A stretch of DNA of 64,000 bases from Deltaproteobacteria bacterium (GTDB lineage Bacteria; Desulfobacterota_D; UBA1144; Nemesobacterales; UBA2774): positions 5,623 to 69,622 of the forward strand of contig JAJCZS010000032.1 in assembly GCA_029262275.1 (NCBI GenBank), given 5' to 3'. The notes beneath the pieces were generated by a model. The model searched no databases. It saw only the letters and a program-made list of their open reading frames with translations, and had not been told where the DNA came from. Position 1 is the first letter of the stretch; the number at the start of each line of letters is the position of its first letter. This document shows positions 43,726 to 54,018 of this stretch, piece by piece. Position numbers and translations under genes: made by a program.

Positions 43726-44685
43726 CTAAGCACTGCATAACTCTTCGGCAAATTCTATGACCTGGGTCTCAAGCTTGACCCCGTCTAATTTGTTTATTTC
43801 CTGAATCCCAGTTGGGCTTGTAGTGTTAATCTCAGTTACGTATCCACCAATAACATCTATCCCAACGAAATATAACCCGTCTTCTCTAAGTCTAGGGCCA
43901 ATTTGTCTACATATTTCAAGATCTCTATCTGTAAGCTCTGATTTGGCGGGGCTGCCACCTGAGTGAAAATTAGATCTGAACTCGCCCCCTGGTTTAGGCA
44001 CTCTAAGCACAGCTCCCAGAGGCTCTCCGTTTAAGATGATTATTCTCTTATCACCCTCAGACACTTCTTCAATAAACTTTTGAGCAACTATATACTCAGT
44101 TCCAAATTTTGTTATTGCCTCTAGAATAACGTTTGCATTCCTGTCACCCTTGCGAACGTAGAAAATTCCTTCCCCTCCGTGTCCGTCAAGTGGCTTGACT
44201 ACCATTTCTCCCCCAGACTCAGAAAGGAAGTCCTCTAGTTGTGAAATATTTTTAGTGACAATGCTTTGAGGGATAATCTCTGGGAAAAAAAGTGAATAAA
44301 GTTTCTCATTAGACTCTCTAATCCCTGTTGGATTATTGAGCACTTTTGTTTTTGTTTCATCTAATAAACTAAGCATGTATGTTGCATAAAGAAAATCATT
44401 ATTAACAGGAGGATCTTTTCTCATCCACACTACATCAAAGCTATCTAGCTTCATGGTTTGAGTCTCACCAAGTTTGTAAAACTCTTCACTTCTCTCAAGG
44501 CTAATAGGCGTTGCATTGGTATAGGCCTGAGCTTCTTTTACAAACATATCCTTTAGCTCTAAGTACCAGACCTCATGCCCTCTTGCTTGAGCTTCAAGCA
44601 TTAGGACAAAAGTTGTGTCCTTCTCGGTATTAATAGACTCTACCGGATCCATTATAAATGCCATTTTTAGTTTCATGATTTCCAC
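43726..44685 (-). CDS. gshB: glutathione synthetase (prokaryotic ATP-grasp type)
   Basis: Collinear with E. coli GshB (IMDPVESINTEKDTTF..., KPLDGHGG, VGIDVIG...TEINTTSPTGI). The start is probably the internal Met (MKLKMAFIMDP). Confidence 0.85.
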   Translation of the reverse strand: MEIMKLKMAFIMDPVESINTEKDTTFVLMLEAQARGHEVWYLELKDMFVKEAQAYTNATPISLERSEEFYKLGETQTMKLDSFDVVWMRKDPPVNNDFLYATYMLSLLDETKTKVLNNPTGIRESNEKLYSLFFPEIIPQSIVTKNISQLEDFLSESGGEMVVKPLDGHGGEGIFYVRKGDRNANVILEAITKFGTEYIVAQKFIEEVSEGDKRIIILNGEPLGAVLRVPKPGGEFRSNFHSGGSPAKSELTDRDLEICRQIGPRLREDGLYFVGIDVIGGYVTEINTTSPTGIQEINKLDGVKLETQVIEFAEELCSA

Positions 44686-44813
44686 TTTTCAAACTTCTTT
44701 ATAGACGTTTGATTCTACCGAATTTTCAGGGCCTGGACAAATATCCCAACATAAATCCAGGTTATAAAGCTTTAGTGTATACTCTATCTCAAATATTTGT
44801 AGTAGAGAATTGC

Positions 44814-45512
44814 ATGTCTCCTATTGATAAAGTCAGATTAGAAAAATTCTACGCCTCAAAGCCACACGATTATACTGAAGCCGTGGCTATCCAAAAAGAG
44901 CTAAGGGATAAAGTTGTGGCCCAAAACGGGTTCAGTGCTATAAAAACAGTCGCTGGGGCCGATTTAGCAATATTGAAGGATCAAAATAAGCTAGTGTGTG
45001 GAATTGTAGTTTTCAGCTATCCAGATCTGCAAGAAATAGAGAGGGCATGGGAAGTTGTTGATGAGGAAATGCCCTATATCCCGGGATTATTAGCTTTTAG
45101 GGAAGGACCTGCAATAATTAAAACTTACAAAAAACTAAAAAACAAGCCAGATGTACTTATCCTAGACGGCCAGGGGATGGCACACCCAAGGGAATTCGGA
45201 ATTGCCTGTTATGTCGGTGTATTGCTTGATACTCCTGCTATGGGGATTGGGAAGACAAAACTCTATGGGGATTATAAAGAGCCCAAGGATCTTCCAGGTT
45301 CTTTTGAGTCTCTGGTATCAAAAAGTGGCAAAGAGATAGGGGTCGTATTAAAAACCAAGCCCAAAACAAAACCGGTGTTTGTATCAATCGGCCATAAGAT
45401 TGATTTAGCTACTTCAACACAAATAGCCTTGTCTTGTTCAAGAGGTTACAGAGTTCCTGAGCCTACCAGGCTGGCGGATAGATATGTTGCAGAGCTTAAG
45501 AGAGGTTTGTAG
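44814..45512 (+). CDS. nfi: endonuclease V (deoxyinosine 3' endonuclease)
   Basis: VAGADLAI...PYIPGLLAFREGP...LILDGQGMAHPREFGIACYVGVLLDTPAMGIGKTKLYG. The ORF is open from 44709, but the first conserved residues follow the ATG at 44814. Confidence 0.75.
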   Translation: MSPIDKVRLEKFYASKPHDYTEAVAIQKELRDKVVAQNGFSAIKTVAGADLAILKDQNKLVCGIVVFSYPDLQEIERAWEVVDEEMPYIPGLLAFREGPAIIKTYKKLKNKPDVLILDGQGMAHPREFGIACYVGVLLDTPAMGIGKTKLYGDYKEPKDLPGSFESLVSKSGKEIGVVLKTKPKTKPVFVSIGHKIDLATSTQIALSCSRGYRVPEPTRLADRYVAELKRGL

Positions 45513-45514
45513 GA

Positions 45515-45997
45515 ATGCCTGAGAGATTCTCCTGGGTTGTAGAAGATCGTATTGCAGGAATGGAAAGGCCTGGGCTATTTTATCCACTTAAAGAGGATTT
45601 GGACTTTTTAAAGCTTAAGGATGTCGAAGTAATTGTAAATTTACAGGAAAAAGAGCACTTCTTAGATCACTCTGGGTTTATTGTTAAGAATATTCCAATT
45701 GATGATTTCGGGCCTCCTAATTATGAGGATTTTGTAGAATTTATCGATTTTGTTGAAAAACATATTTCTCAAGATAAAAAGGTCGTAGTTCATTGTTATG
45801 CTGGTATGGGGAGGACAAACTTGATGCTTGCAACATATTTAGTACATCATCTTCTTATAGATCCAGATCAGGCACTTGAAGAAGTAAAGCTTAAAAGGCC
45901 GGTGCATCTTGTGACCGACGAGCAGGAAGAGGCGCTTAGAGAATACTATTATATGATCCAAGATAAACTTAGTTCTCGCTTATATGATCCAAGATAA
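45515..45997 (+). CDS. dual-specificity/protein-tyrosine phosphatase (CX5R)
   Basis: VVHCYAGMGRTNLMLATYLV active-site P-loop. The last 5 codons come from a tandem 31-bp duplication. Confidence 0.75.
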   Translation: MPERFSWVVEDRIAGMERPGLFYPLKEDLDFLKLKDVEVIVNLQEKEHFLDHSGFIVKNIPIDDFGPPNYEDFVEFIDFVEKHISQDKKVVVHCYAGMGRTNLMLATYLVHHLLIDPDQALEEVKLKRPVHLVTDEQEEALREYYYMIQDKLSSRLYDPR

Positions 45998-46011
45998 ACT
46001 TAGTTCTCGCT
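45951..46011 (+). repeat. tandem direct repeat, 2 x 30/31 bp (ATATGATCCAAGATAAACTTAGTTCTCGCT) spanning the phosphatase stop codon
   Basis: Exact duplicate read from the sequence. The 31-bp period shifts frame, so copy 2 adds LYDPR* to the protein instead of the ancestral ...SSR*. Confidence 0.8.
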
Positions 46012-46125
46012 GATCCACTGAATATCAAACTTCTGTACAGAATAATTTTTCTAGTATAGATAACTCTTATCTGGTAAATTATAGTTCAATCTTAATTACA
46101 AGTTGGCGTCTCAAAAGGAAAATAC

Positions 46126-48255
46126 ATGGGTTATTCAAAAGATCTGCTCGAACAGTTGAATTACGGTAAAGGTGAGACACTATACGGAGACACACCACTT
46201 GCTATCCTAAAGGCATTTCTTCAATCAGGGGTATCATATTTGGGCGGCTATCCAGGTTCCCCAACAGCGAGCCTGATTGATGCAATCTCAGATTCCTACG
46301 ACACAATTTTAAAGCCAAAGGGCATATACTTTGACTGCTCAGGTAACGAAGCCTCAGCCGCATCACTACTTTCCGCCTCGATTAGTTATCCCATTAGAGG
46401 CTCTGTGAATTGGAAAATCGTTGGCACCAACGTTGCCTCCGATGCCCTTTCACACATTTCCTCGTCCGGTGTCACTGGCGGTGCATTAATAATAGTAGGT
46501 GAGGATTATGGCTGTGACAGCACATGTGTTGCTGAAAGAGCGCTTCCTTTTGCTCTTAAGTCAACGATGGCAGTGATAGATCCAAGGGGCGATTTAGAGC
46601 ATGTAGCTAAAATGGTTCAAGCAGGGTTTGAACTCTCAGAATACTCAAATATGCCAGTCATGTTTTTATTGTCCACAAGGGTTGCGCATATCATGAACAA
46701 GATGAAATGCCAGGATAATCAAGTCCCTGAAATCAGTATGATCAATAAGCTTGAAGATTTGAAGACCGATTTAGAAACGATACCTCTTCCACCATTCACA
46801 TTTGATCACGAGAAGAAAAAATATCATGAACGTTTGCCTGCAGCACAGAGATTTATCGTAGACCACAAGCTCAACGAATTTTTTGATGGTGATGATAGCT
46901 CCATTGGAATAATAACTCATGGAATGATTTATAACTCTCTCATGAGGTGTCTCTATAATCTAGGTGAGGCAAACTTATATGGTGAGACGAAGCTTCCTAT
47001 TTTAAACCTTAATGTCACCTATCCCTTAGTGCCCGAGGAAATTAGCTCATTTCTAAAGGACAAAAAAGCTGTGTTAATAGTTGAAGAGGGTATGCCTAAT
47101 CTCCTTGAAGAGCAGATACGCTCTATAGCACAAAGGGCAAGATTAGGGCTTGATATCTATGGAAAGGATATTCTTCCTAAAGCTGGGGAATACACACCTG
47201 ACCATATTGCCAAAGGGGTTGGAAGTTTCCTTTTGAAAAATACATTTTCCGACTATGAAAAAGAACGCATAAAAGAAAGAAGTGAGTACACAGAAAAACA
47301 TAAAGAAAGGGCCTCTACTTACTTAAAACAAGCTGTAGCCAAAAGAAATCCAGTGTTCTGTACAGGATGTCCAGAAAGGCCTATTTTCACTGCAATCAAG
47401 ATACTTGAAGAGGATTATGGCAGATCCTATTATGCCTCTGACATAGGTTGTTACTCCATGAGTGGACTTCCACCATTTGATCTTAGCAACTCAATTACTG
47501 GAATGGGAATTGGGCTTGCATCAGCGGCAGCACTTTCACGTATGGCAAATAAAAGAGTGATTTCCTTTATGGGAGATGGGACATTTTGGCATAGTGGACT
47601 TACCACAAGCATAGCAAACGCTGTATACAATAACCAAGACGCAATCTTGATAATACTTGAGAACTTCTGGACCTCTATGACAGGGCATCACGAAAATCCT
47701 GCTTCAGGGAAGAATATGCGGCAAGAAGGGGTTGGGATGGACATTGAGCAAGCTTTAAAAGGCACTGGAGTAAAATGGATAAGAGGAGTCGATCCATATG
47801 ATTTAAAAGAATCTCTTGATGTACTAACTGAAGCATATGAAGAAGAAGAGGGGCTCAAGGTAATAATTTCAAGAGGTGAGTGTCAGTTAGAGAAAACAAG
47901 AAGGGAAAAGGGAATTATTAAAGAAAGGATAAAAGTAGGGAAGCGTGTTAAACAGCAAAAGCTGGGCGTGGATCCTGAGGTTTGTACAGGAGATCATTCC
48001 TGCATGCGCTACAACGGCTGTCCATCTCTTACTTTAAAAGACAGCCCTACAATACTCAGAGAAGATCCTGTTGCTCATATTGAACATTCCTGTGTCGGCT
48101 GTGGTTTATGTGGTGAAATTGCTCATGCTGCAGTGCTATGCCCATCTTTTTATAGAGTTGAAATTGTTGACAACCCATCGATGTTTGACAGGTTGGGGGC
48201 AAAAATTAATAGATCTCTACTTCATATGATTTCCAAAAACGGATGGATGGGCTAA
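46126..48255 (+). CDS. iorA: indolepyruvate:ferredoxin oxidoreductase family, alpha (TPP/4Fe-4S) subunit
   Basis: TPP-binding GDGxxxH-like region (FMGDGTFWHSG), CTGCPERP, and C-terminal Cys clusters (CVGCGLCGE...CP). Confidence 0.8.
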   Translation: MGYSKDLLEQLNYGKGETLYGDTPLAILKAFLQSGVSYLGGYPGSPTASLIDAISDSYDTILKPKGIYFDCSGNEASAASLLSASISYPIRGSVNWKIVGTNVASDALSHISSSGVTGGALIIVGEDYGCDSTCVAERALPFALKSTMAVIDPRGDLEHVAKMVQAGFELSEYSNMPVMFLLSTRVAHIMNKMKCQDNQVPEISMINKLEDLKTDLETIPLPPFTFDHEKKKYHERLPAAQRFIVDHKLNEFFDGDDSSIGIITHGMIYNSLMRCLYNLGEANLYGETKLPILNLNVTYPLVPEEISSFLKDKKAVLIVEEGMPNLLEEQIRSIAQRARLGLDIYGKDILPKAGEYTPDHIAKGVGSFLLKNTFSDYEKERIKERSEYTEKHKERASTYLKQAVAKRNPVFCTGCPERPIFTAIKILEEDYGRSYYASDIGCYSMSGLPPFDLSNSITGMGIGLASAAALSRMANKRVISFMGDGTFWHSGLTTSIANAVYNNQDAILIILENFWTSMTGHHENPASGKNMRQEGVGMDIEQALKGTGVKWIRGVDPYDLKESLDVLTEAYEEEEGLKVIISRGECQLEKTRREKGIIKERIKVGKRVKQQKLGVDPEVCTGDHSCMRYNGCPSLTLKDSPTILREDPVAHIEHSCVGCGLCGEIAHAAVLCPSFYRVEIVDNPSMFDRLGAKINRSLLHMISKNGWMG

Positions 48256-48281
48256 CTCTCCTTTTTTATTAAAAAATAACA

Positions 48282-49880
48282 ATGGATAAAAAGAGCGATC
48301 TAATAAAGATTTTAATCCCCGCAGTTGGTGGTCAAGGGGGTGGGGTTTTAACCGAATGGCTGGTTCAAGCCTTTTTCCTTGAAGATTTTGATGCTCAGGG
48401 GATAAGTCTTCCTGGACTCTCACAAAGAGGTGGATCTACTGTCTATTACCTTGAAGCACACCCAAAACCAAAATCAGAGGGAAAGCCGTTAATTTTTGCT
48501 CAGTTCCCTGTTCCGGGAGAGGTCGATATTATCTTGGCGCAAGAATTCTTAGAATTGGGTAGAGCGCTTGAGCTTGGTTATGGCTCAGACAAAACAACAA
48601 TCGTTACCAGCACTCATAGAGTATATTCGACACTTGAAAAGATGCCCATCGGAAGTGGTATCTACTCTGATGAAAATTTAAGGAAGTTGGCCTCAGCGTT
48701 TTCCTCTGAGATGATAGAATTAAATGCACTCGAATTATCTAAGGCTAATGGAATGGATGAGCTTGCAGTAAATGGCATTCTCCTTGGTGCACTTTGTGAG
48801 TCCGGAGCACTTCCAATCGATAAAAAATCCTTCATTACTTCAATAGAGATGGTAGGAGTTGCGGTTAATGCGAGTCTCAAGGCTTTTGAAGTTGGATGGA
48901 ACTACGCACACTCCAATTCTGATACAAGTTTGTCAGACTCGGTTAAGTGGGACTCTTTTAAAGCTGAGAGATCAGACAAGTTAGAAGGTAAGGACAAAGA
49001 AGAATATCTGGCCAGGATTAAGAGTATTGAATCAGATTATCCATCTAATCTAAAAGAAATACTGGCCGAGTCGGTATATAGGCTAATTGATTACCAAGAT
49101 ATAGATTATGCTGATAAGTATTTGAATGAGGTAAGAAATATATATGTAATAGATGACGATACTAAAGGAAGCAACTACAAACTTACTGAATCGTATGCCA
49201 AAAATCTTGCACTTTTGATGAGTTATGAAGATGGGGTCAGGGTTGCGGAGCTTAAAATCAAGTCAGACAGATTTAAACGTATTAGAGAGGAGATGAGGAT
49301 CAAGGACGATCAGGTTTTTCATGTGGTTGATTACTTAAAACCTGACGCAGAAGAGATTTATGGCCTCCTTCCCAATGTGTTAGTTGCCCCAGTGCTTAGT
49401 TTTACTCAAACCCGTCTATTTAAGAAAATTTGGAGAAGAAAAAAGCCACTTACTATGGGGCAGACTCCTGTTACAAATTCGTTTAGTGGGTATCTAAGGA
49501 TGTGGATGCTGACCAAGATCAAATTCATGAGGCCGCAGTCTCATAGATATAAGAAAGAACATAAATTGATTAAACGCTACACTGAGACACTCAATAAATA
49601 TTCCACATATGATTATAAACTGACATGCCTGATTGCTCAAAGCGCCCAGATGGTAAAAGGGTACGGTAAGGTAAGAAGAAGGACTATGGATGCCTTCTAC
49701 CGATACATTGATAACATTATTGCACCACTAGCAGAATATGAAAGCAATAACAGAAAGAGCTATGACACTACACTAGAAATTGGGCAAGAGGCCTATAATT
49801 TAATAGTTGGTGAGTCTGTAGATGGTATTGATCAGGCCGAGAAACTAGCTCAGGATATACTAGGGAAAAGAGCGGTTTAA
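48282..49880 (+). CDS. iorB: indolepyruvate:ferredoxin oxidoreductase family, beta subunit with ~330-aa C-terminal extension
   Basis: POR gamma-like N-terminus (IPAVGGQGGGVLTEWL) immediately downstream of iorA. 532 aa versus about 200 aa for canonical IorB. Confidence 0.7.
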   Translation: MDKKSDLIKILIPAVGGQGGGVLTEWLVQAFFLEDFDAQGISLPGLSQRGGSTVYYLEAHPKPKSEGKPLIFAQFPVPGEVDIILAQEFLELGRALELGYGSDKTTIVTSTHRVYSTLEKMPIGSGIYSDENLRKLASAFSSEMIELNALELSKANGMDELAVNGILLGALCESGALPIDKKSFITSIEMVGVAVNASLKAFEVGWNYAHSNSDTSLSDSVKWDSFKAERSDKLEGKDKEEYLARIKSIESDYPSNLKEILAESVYRLIDYQDIDYADKYLNEVRNIYVIDDDTKGSNYKLTESYAKNLALLMSYEDGVRVAELKIKSDRFKRIREEMRIKDDQVFHVVDYLKPDAEEIYGLLPNVLVAPVLSFTQTRLFKKIWRRKKPLTMGQTPVTNSFSGYLRMWMLTKIKFMRPQSHRYKKEHKLIKRYTETLNKYSTYDYKLTCLIAQSAQMVKGYGKVRRRTMDAFYRYIDNIIAPLAEYESNNRKSYDTTLEIGQEAYNLIVGESVDGIDQAEKLAQDILGKRAV

Positions 49881-49899
49881 TTATTCTTAGTTTTTAGAA

Positions 49900-51015
49900 T
49901 TACCCTTTCATCAATTTAACAAAATCATCAAACAAATATGATGCATCATGAGGACCTGGCGAGGCTTCAGGGTGATATTGCACAGAAAAAGCTGGATGCT
50001 CTTTATGTTTAATTCCTTCAATCGTATTATCGTTTAGGTTAATGTGAGTGACCTCTACGTCATCCCCGAGTGTGTCTGAATCTACTGCAAAACCATGGTT
50101 CTGAGATGTGATTTCAACCTTTCCAGAGCGTAGTTCTTTTACTGGCTGGTTTGCTCCCCTGTGACCAAACTTAAGCTTATAAGTCTCTGCTCCAAGGGCT
50201 AGACTTAGTATCTGGTGACCTAGGCATATGCCAAATATTGGTTTTTTGCCAACCAGGGTTCTTACACTTTCGACTGCGTAGGCTACCGCGGCAGGATCAC
50301 CGGGACCGTTAGAGAGAAATATGCCATCAGGGTCCAGCGATAGGACTTCGTTTGGAGGAGTTCTAGAGGGAACAACTGTAACCTCACATCCATGGTCAGT
50401 TAGTTTGCGTAGTATGTTTTGTTTAAGTCCAAAATCATAGGCTACTACTTTAAATGTCTCAGCAGTTTTAGAGTCTTCTTCAAGAGGGTCCCACTTGTGA
50501 GTGCCTTCACTCCAGTCGTATGGCTCATCACAGCTTACTTCGGTAACTAAGTCTATCCCTATTATTCCTGCGGATGAATGAACTTTCTTAAGTAAACTCT
50601 TGGAGTCTAGATCCTCGGTTGAGATAACAGCTTTTTGTGCACCTTTTGATCTAATTAGCTTTGTTAGAGCTCTTGTATCTATCCCTTCAATTCCAACTAC
50701 TCCGTAATTGGCCAGATAGGATTCTAAATCGCCTTGAGATCTCCAGTTGCTAGGTGTTCGCCAATATTCCTTAACTACAAACCCTTTTAGAAACGGTCTT
50801 CTGGATTCAACATCTTCTTCGTTGACCCCATAGTTTCCTATCTCTGGGTAAGTCATAGTAACGATTTGGCCGTTATAAGACGGATCTGTGAGGATTTCCT
50901 GGTAGCCGGTCATTGAGGTATTAAAAACTACTTCTCCAAATACCTCTCCTTCGGCTCCAAAACCGTAGCCCTCAAAAACCGTTCCATCTTCTAAGACAAG
51001 GAGTGCTTTTTTCAT
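49900..51015 (-). CDS. carA: carbamoyl-phosphate synthase small (glutaminase) subunit
   Basis: Class I glutamine amidotransferase triad region ([10 protein letters not shown]) and a CPSase small-chain N-domain. Confidence 0.95.
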   Translation of the reverse strand: MKKALLVLEDGTVFEGYGFGAEGEVFGEVVFNTSMTGYQEILTDPSYNGQIVTMTYPEIGNYGVNEEDVESRRPFLKGFVVKEYWRTPSNWRSQGDLESYLANYGVVGIEGIDTRALTKLIRSKGAQKAVISTEDLDSKSLLKKVHSSAGIIGIDLVTEVSCDEPYDWSEGTHKWDPLEEDSKTAETFKVVAYDFGLKQNILRKLTDHGCEVTVVPSRTPPNEVLSLDPDGIFLSNGPGDPAAVAYAVESVRTLVGKKPIFGICLGHQILSLALGAETYKLKFGHRGANQPVKELRSGKVEITSQNHGFAVDSDTLGDDVEVTHINLNDNTIEGIKHKEHPAFSVQYHPEASPGPHDASYLFDDFVKLMKG

Positions 51016-51140
51016 GAATTGCGATGGGAAAATACATTCTTATTTCCCTCATGTCAAACGCAGCCATTCGGCTGATTTTTCTAACTTCTTAAATCGAAAT
51101 GTATTTATTATCAACTACGAGCTAATTTATAATAGAGTTA

Positions 51141-52568
51141 TTAGTCAGATAAGGCTTTTCTAAGTATCTCGTTTACAACTTTGGGGTTAGCTTTTCCTTT
51201 GGTTTCTTTCATGGCCTGACCTACGAAAAAGCCCATAAGTTTTTGATCCCCAGCTTTATATCTTTCAATCTCATCAGGATGAGCATTTAATATTTGAGAC
51301 ACAATATTTTCCAGCTCTGATTGATCAGAAATCTGGGTCATACCTTTTTCTTGGACTATTTCTTCTGCGGCTTTCCCACTTGAGACCATCTCTTCAAATA
51401 CTTCTTTTGCCATCTTCCCGCTTATTGTGCCACCCTCTATGAGGTTTAGTAGCTCTCCGAGTTTGTCAGGAGTAATGGGGAATGATTCGATATCGTCTTC
51501 ATCTTTAATCTCTCTTAAAACCTCTGTCATTATCCAGTTGCTGACTGTCTTGGGGTTGTTATGTTTTTTGAGGCAGCTCTCAAAATAGTTGGCAATTTCT
51601 ATTGTCGCAGTGAGTACGCTTGAGTCATATTCCGGCAAACCATATTCATCTTTGAACCTGGCCAATTTCTGATCAGGCAACTCAGGAAGAGAAAGTCTTA
51701 ATTCCTCTATTTGTTCCTGCTCTATTACAACTGGCAATAAATCGGGATCAGGAAAATATCTATAGTCGTGAGCTTCTTCCTTTGATCTCATCGAAAAAGT
51801 AACACCCTTGTTTGAATCAAATAGCCTTGTTTCTTGGACTACCTCTTCGCCGTTTTCTACAAGCATGATCTGTCTTTTTATCTCAAACTCTATCGCTTTT
51901 TGGACATATCTAAAGGAATTTACATTTTTAATCTCAGCTTTTGTGCCAAGTTTATCACTTCCCTTGGGTCTGACAGACACATTCGCGTCACATCTTAGAC
52001 TTCCTTCTTCCATGTTTCCATCACAAACGCCTATGTATCTGAGTATAGAGCGGACCTTTTTCATATACTCAACCGCTTCCTCAGCACTTGTTATCTCGGG
52101 TTCACTTACTATTTCAACAAGCGGAACACCAGCGCGGTTAAGGTCCACGAAACTTGAATTCCCATGGTTGTCATGAACAAGCTTGCCCGCGTCTTCTTCC
52201 ATATGGATTCTAGTTAGGTTAATTCTTTTAGTAGACCCGTTTGTGCCGATATCAACCCACCCACCAGTTGAGAAAGGCTCCTCAAATTGAGATATTTGGT
52301 ACCCTTTTGGTAGATCTGGGTAAAAATAGTTTTTCCTAGCGAATCTTGATCTTGGATGTAATTCACAGTTAAGAGCAATCGCTGCCTTAAACGCATACTC
52401 TAAGACTTCTTTATTTAAAACAGGTAGAACCCCAGGCAATCCCAGGCATATTGGACTTACATGACTGTTCGGGCTGCCGCCAAATTCAGTGGATTCTGGA
52501 GAGAATATCTTAGATTTAGTTTTAAGCTGAGCGTGAACCTCAAGACCTATTACTGGCTCAAATTCCAT
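51141..52568 (-). CDS. gatB: Asp-tRNA(Asn)/Glu-tRNA(Gln) amidotransferase subunit B
   Basis: MEFEPVIGLEVHAQL N-terminus with an AGGAG RBS upstream of ATG 52568. The ORF track extends 73 codons further upstream (to 52787) with no homology. Confidence 0.95.
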   Translation of the reverse strand: MEFEPVIGLEVHAQLKTKSKIFSPESTEFGGSPNSHVSPICLGLPGVLPVLNKEVLEYAFKAAIALNCELHPRSRFARKNYFYPDLPKGYQISQFEEPFSTGGWVDIGTNGSTKRINLTRIHMEEDAGKLVHDNHGNSSFVDLNRAGVPLVEIVSEPEITSAEEAVEYMKKVRSILRYIGVCDGNMEEGSLRCDANVSVRPKGSDKLGTKAEIKNVNSFRYVQKAIEFEIKRQIMLVENGEEVVQETRLFDSNKGVTFSMRSKEEAHDYRYFPDPDLLPVVIEQEQIEELRLSLPELPDQKLARFKDEYGLPEYDSSVLTATIEIANYFESCLKKHNNPKTVSNWIMTEVLREIKDEDDIESFPITPDKLGELLNLIEGGTISGKMAKEVFEEMVSSGKAAEEIVQEKGMTQISDQSELENIVSQILNAHPDEIERYKAGDQKLMGFFVGQAMKETKGKANPKVVNEILRKALSD

Positions 52569-52637
52569 TTCATAAACTCCTATTTCAGTTAAATTAATAC
52601 TGATTGATAGCAGAAATTTGTCAAGGAAATATAACAT

Positions 52638-53294
52638 ATGAGTAAAACTATTCTGGTAGTCTCCCCACATCCCGATGATCTGGAAATTGGAATGGGCGGT
52701 ACTGTCGCAAAATTGATTGATGAAGGAGTTAATGTCGTATCGCTTGTTGCAACTGACGGTAGCGGCAGTACTACACTTAAAGGCCACAGTGAAGATGAGA
52801 TGGCCGCAATCAGGCTTGAGGAAGCAAGGGAGGCTGTGTCAATCCTAGGAGTGCAGACACTAATTCCTTTAACACTATCTGATGTTAAGACTGATCAAAA
52901 TAAAGAGCACTTTAAGAATGATTTTAAAGAGACAGCTCTAAGGTTTAAACCAGATGAGGTTTATATCCCTCATCCGGAGATAGATAAACATCCGACTCAT
53001 AAGATAGTGTCTGAGCTTGTGCTGGATGAACTAAAAGAAGGAGATTTTGATTCTCCAAAAGTTTGGTGCTACGAAGTATGGACTCCTTTCGGTACTTATG
53101 ACCGCTTAGAAGATATATCTCACTACATAGACTTAAAAGTTATGGCGGTAGAGGCTCACAAAAGTCAGTTGGAGTATAAGAACTATACTGAAGGAATTTT
53201 AGGGCTTAATAGATACAGAGCGATTTTTAATGAGAGACACGGCAAAACCGAAATGAAATACGCTGAGGTATTTATTGAGTTGGGGATATACTAG
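52638..53294 (+). CDS. PIG-L/LmbE family N-acetylglucosaminyl deacetylase
   Basis: ILVVSPHPDDLEIGMGGTVAKL zinc-binding motif. Confidence 0.8.
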   Translation: MSKTILVVSPHPDDLEIGMGGTVAKLIDEGVNVVSLVATDGSGSTTLKGHSEDEMAAIRLEEAREAVSILGVQTLIPLTLSDVKTDQNKEHFKNDFKETALRFKPDEVYIPHPEIDKHPTHKIVSELVLDELKEGDFDSPKVWCYEVWTPFGTYDRLEDISHYIDLKVMAVEAHKSQLEYKNYTEGILGLNRYRAIFNERHGKTEMKYAEVFIELGIY

Positions 53295-53295
53295 G

Positions 53296-53946
53296 TTACT
53301 TGGGGATATGTCCTGTTTTCATGCTCCAAAGTAGCATGTCTAACTCTTCGATGTCAATTCCAAGCTCAGCCGCAAACTCAGTCATCTTTCCTTCAGCTTC
53401 TAAATATCTCTTCTTCGTGGTGGGTGGTTTCGGGTTATCTAAAACTCCTAAATCATTGAGTGATCTTACAACGTTTCTATCTAGTATTGCATATCCTTTA
53501 ATACCAATATTTCTTAAGAAATGGCTTGCCTGTGTTAATCCTAATCCTTTTATATTTTTATTAAGAGCAAAGAATTCTCTAAGCTCTAGTCGGTCTTTAA
53601 ATGAGTTGACCAAATCGTTCATTTTTAAGCCGTACTCACTTTTTAAGTAATCCCTCGAATGAACAATGTAGTAAGCTTTCTCTGGATATTTGTGGACTCC
53701 CGTGAGTCTTTCTTCTAATTCTTCAGGGCTGGCTTCAAGCAGAATGTCCTTTATTGCCTCAAGAGACTTTGCTCCAACTTTTGGCCCCACGGCTGAGGTT
53801 AAGATGCAGAAAGTAAGTTCTTCAAAAACTCTTTTGTCATCCGCTTTTTCACGGACTTCCTTAAATTCATCAAGTTGTGTTTTAATAGCGTCTTTCTTCT
53901 CAGCGTAAAGAGCTTTTATTTCTTGCATTTTCTGAGAGCTTGCCAT
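53296..53946 (-). CDS. 8-oxoguanine DNA glycosylase/AP lyase, Ogg2 (archaeal-type HhH-GPD) family
   Basis: About 215 aa with an HhH region GLGLTQASHFLRNIGIKGYAILDRNV and a conserved N-terminal FCILTSA segment. Confidence 0.7.
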   Translation of the reverse strand: MASSQKMQEIKALYAEKKDAIKTQLDEFKEVREKADDKRVFEELTFCILTSAVGPKVGAKSLEAIKDILLEASPEELEERLTGVHKYPEKAYYIVHSRDYLKSEYGLKMNDLVNSFKDRLELREFFALNKNIKGLGLTQASHFLRNIGIKGYAILDRNVVRSLNDLGVLDNPKPPTTKKRYLEAEGKMTEFAAELGIDIEELDMLLWSMKTGHIPK

Positions 53947-54018
53947 TTGAGTTATTTTATCACCTGCCTTATCTAAATAAAACTTGTTTTCTGATTTCTG
54001 GTATATGATACTAAAAAA

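Noticed and set aside
43726-44685. gshB without gshA as a sign of a novel thiol pathway
   Set aside because: gshA is often unlinked. The window alone cannot show absence, so this is not reported as a finding.
51141-52787. 73-codon N-terminal extension of gatB in the ORF track
   Set aside because: Conserved GatB sequence begins at MEFEPVIGLEVH (ATG 52568, AGGAG RBS). The upstream 73 codons have no homology.
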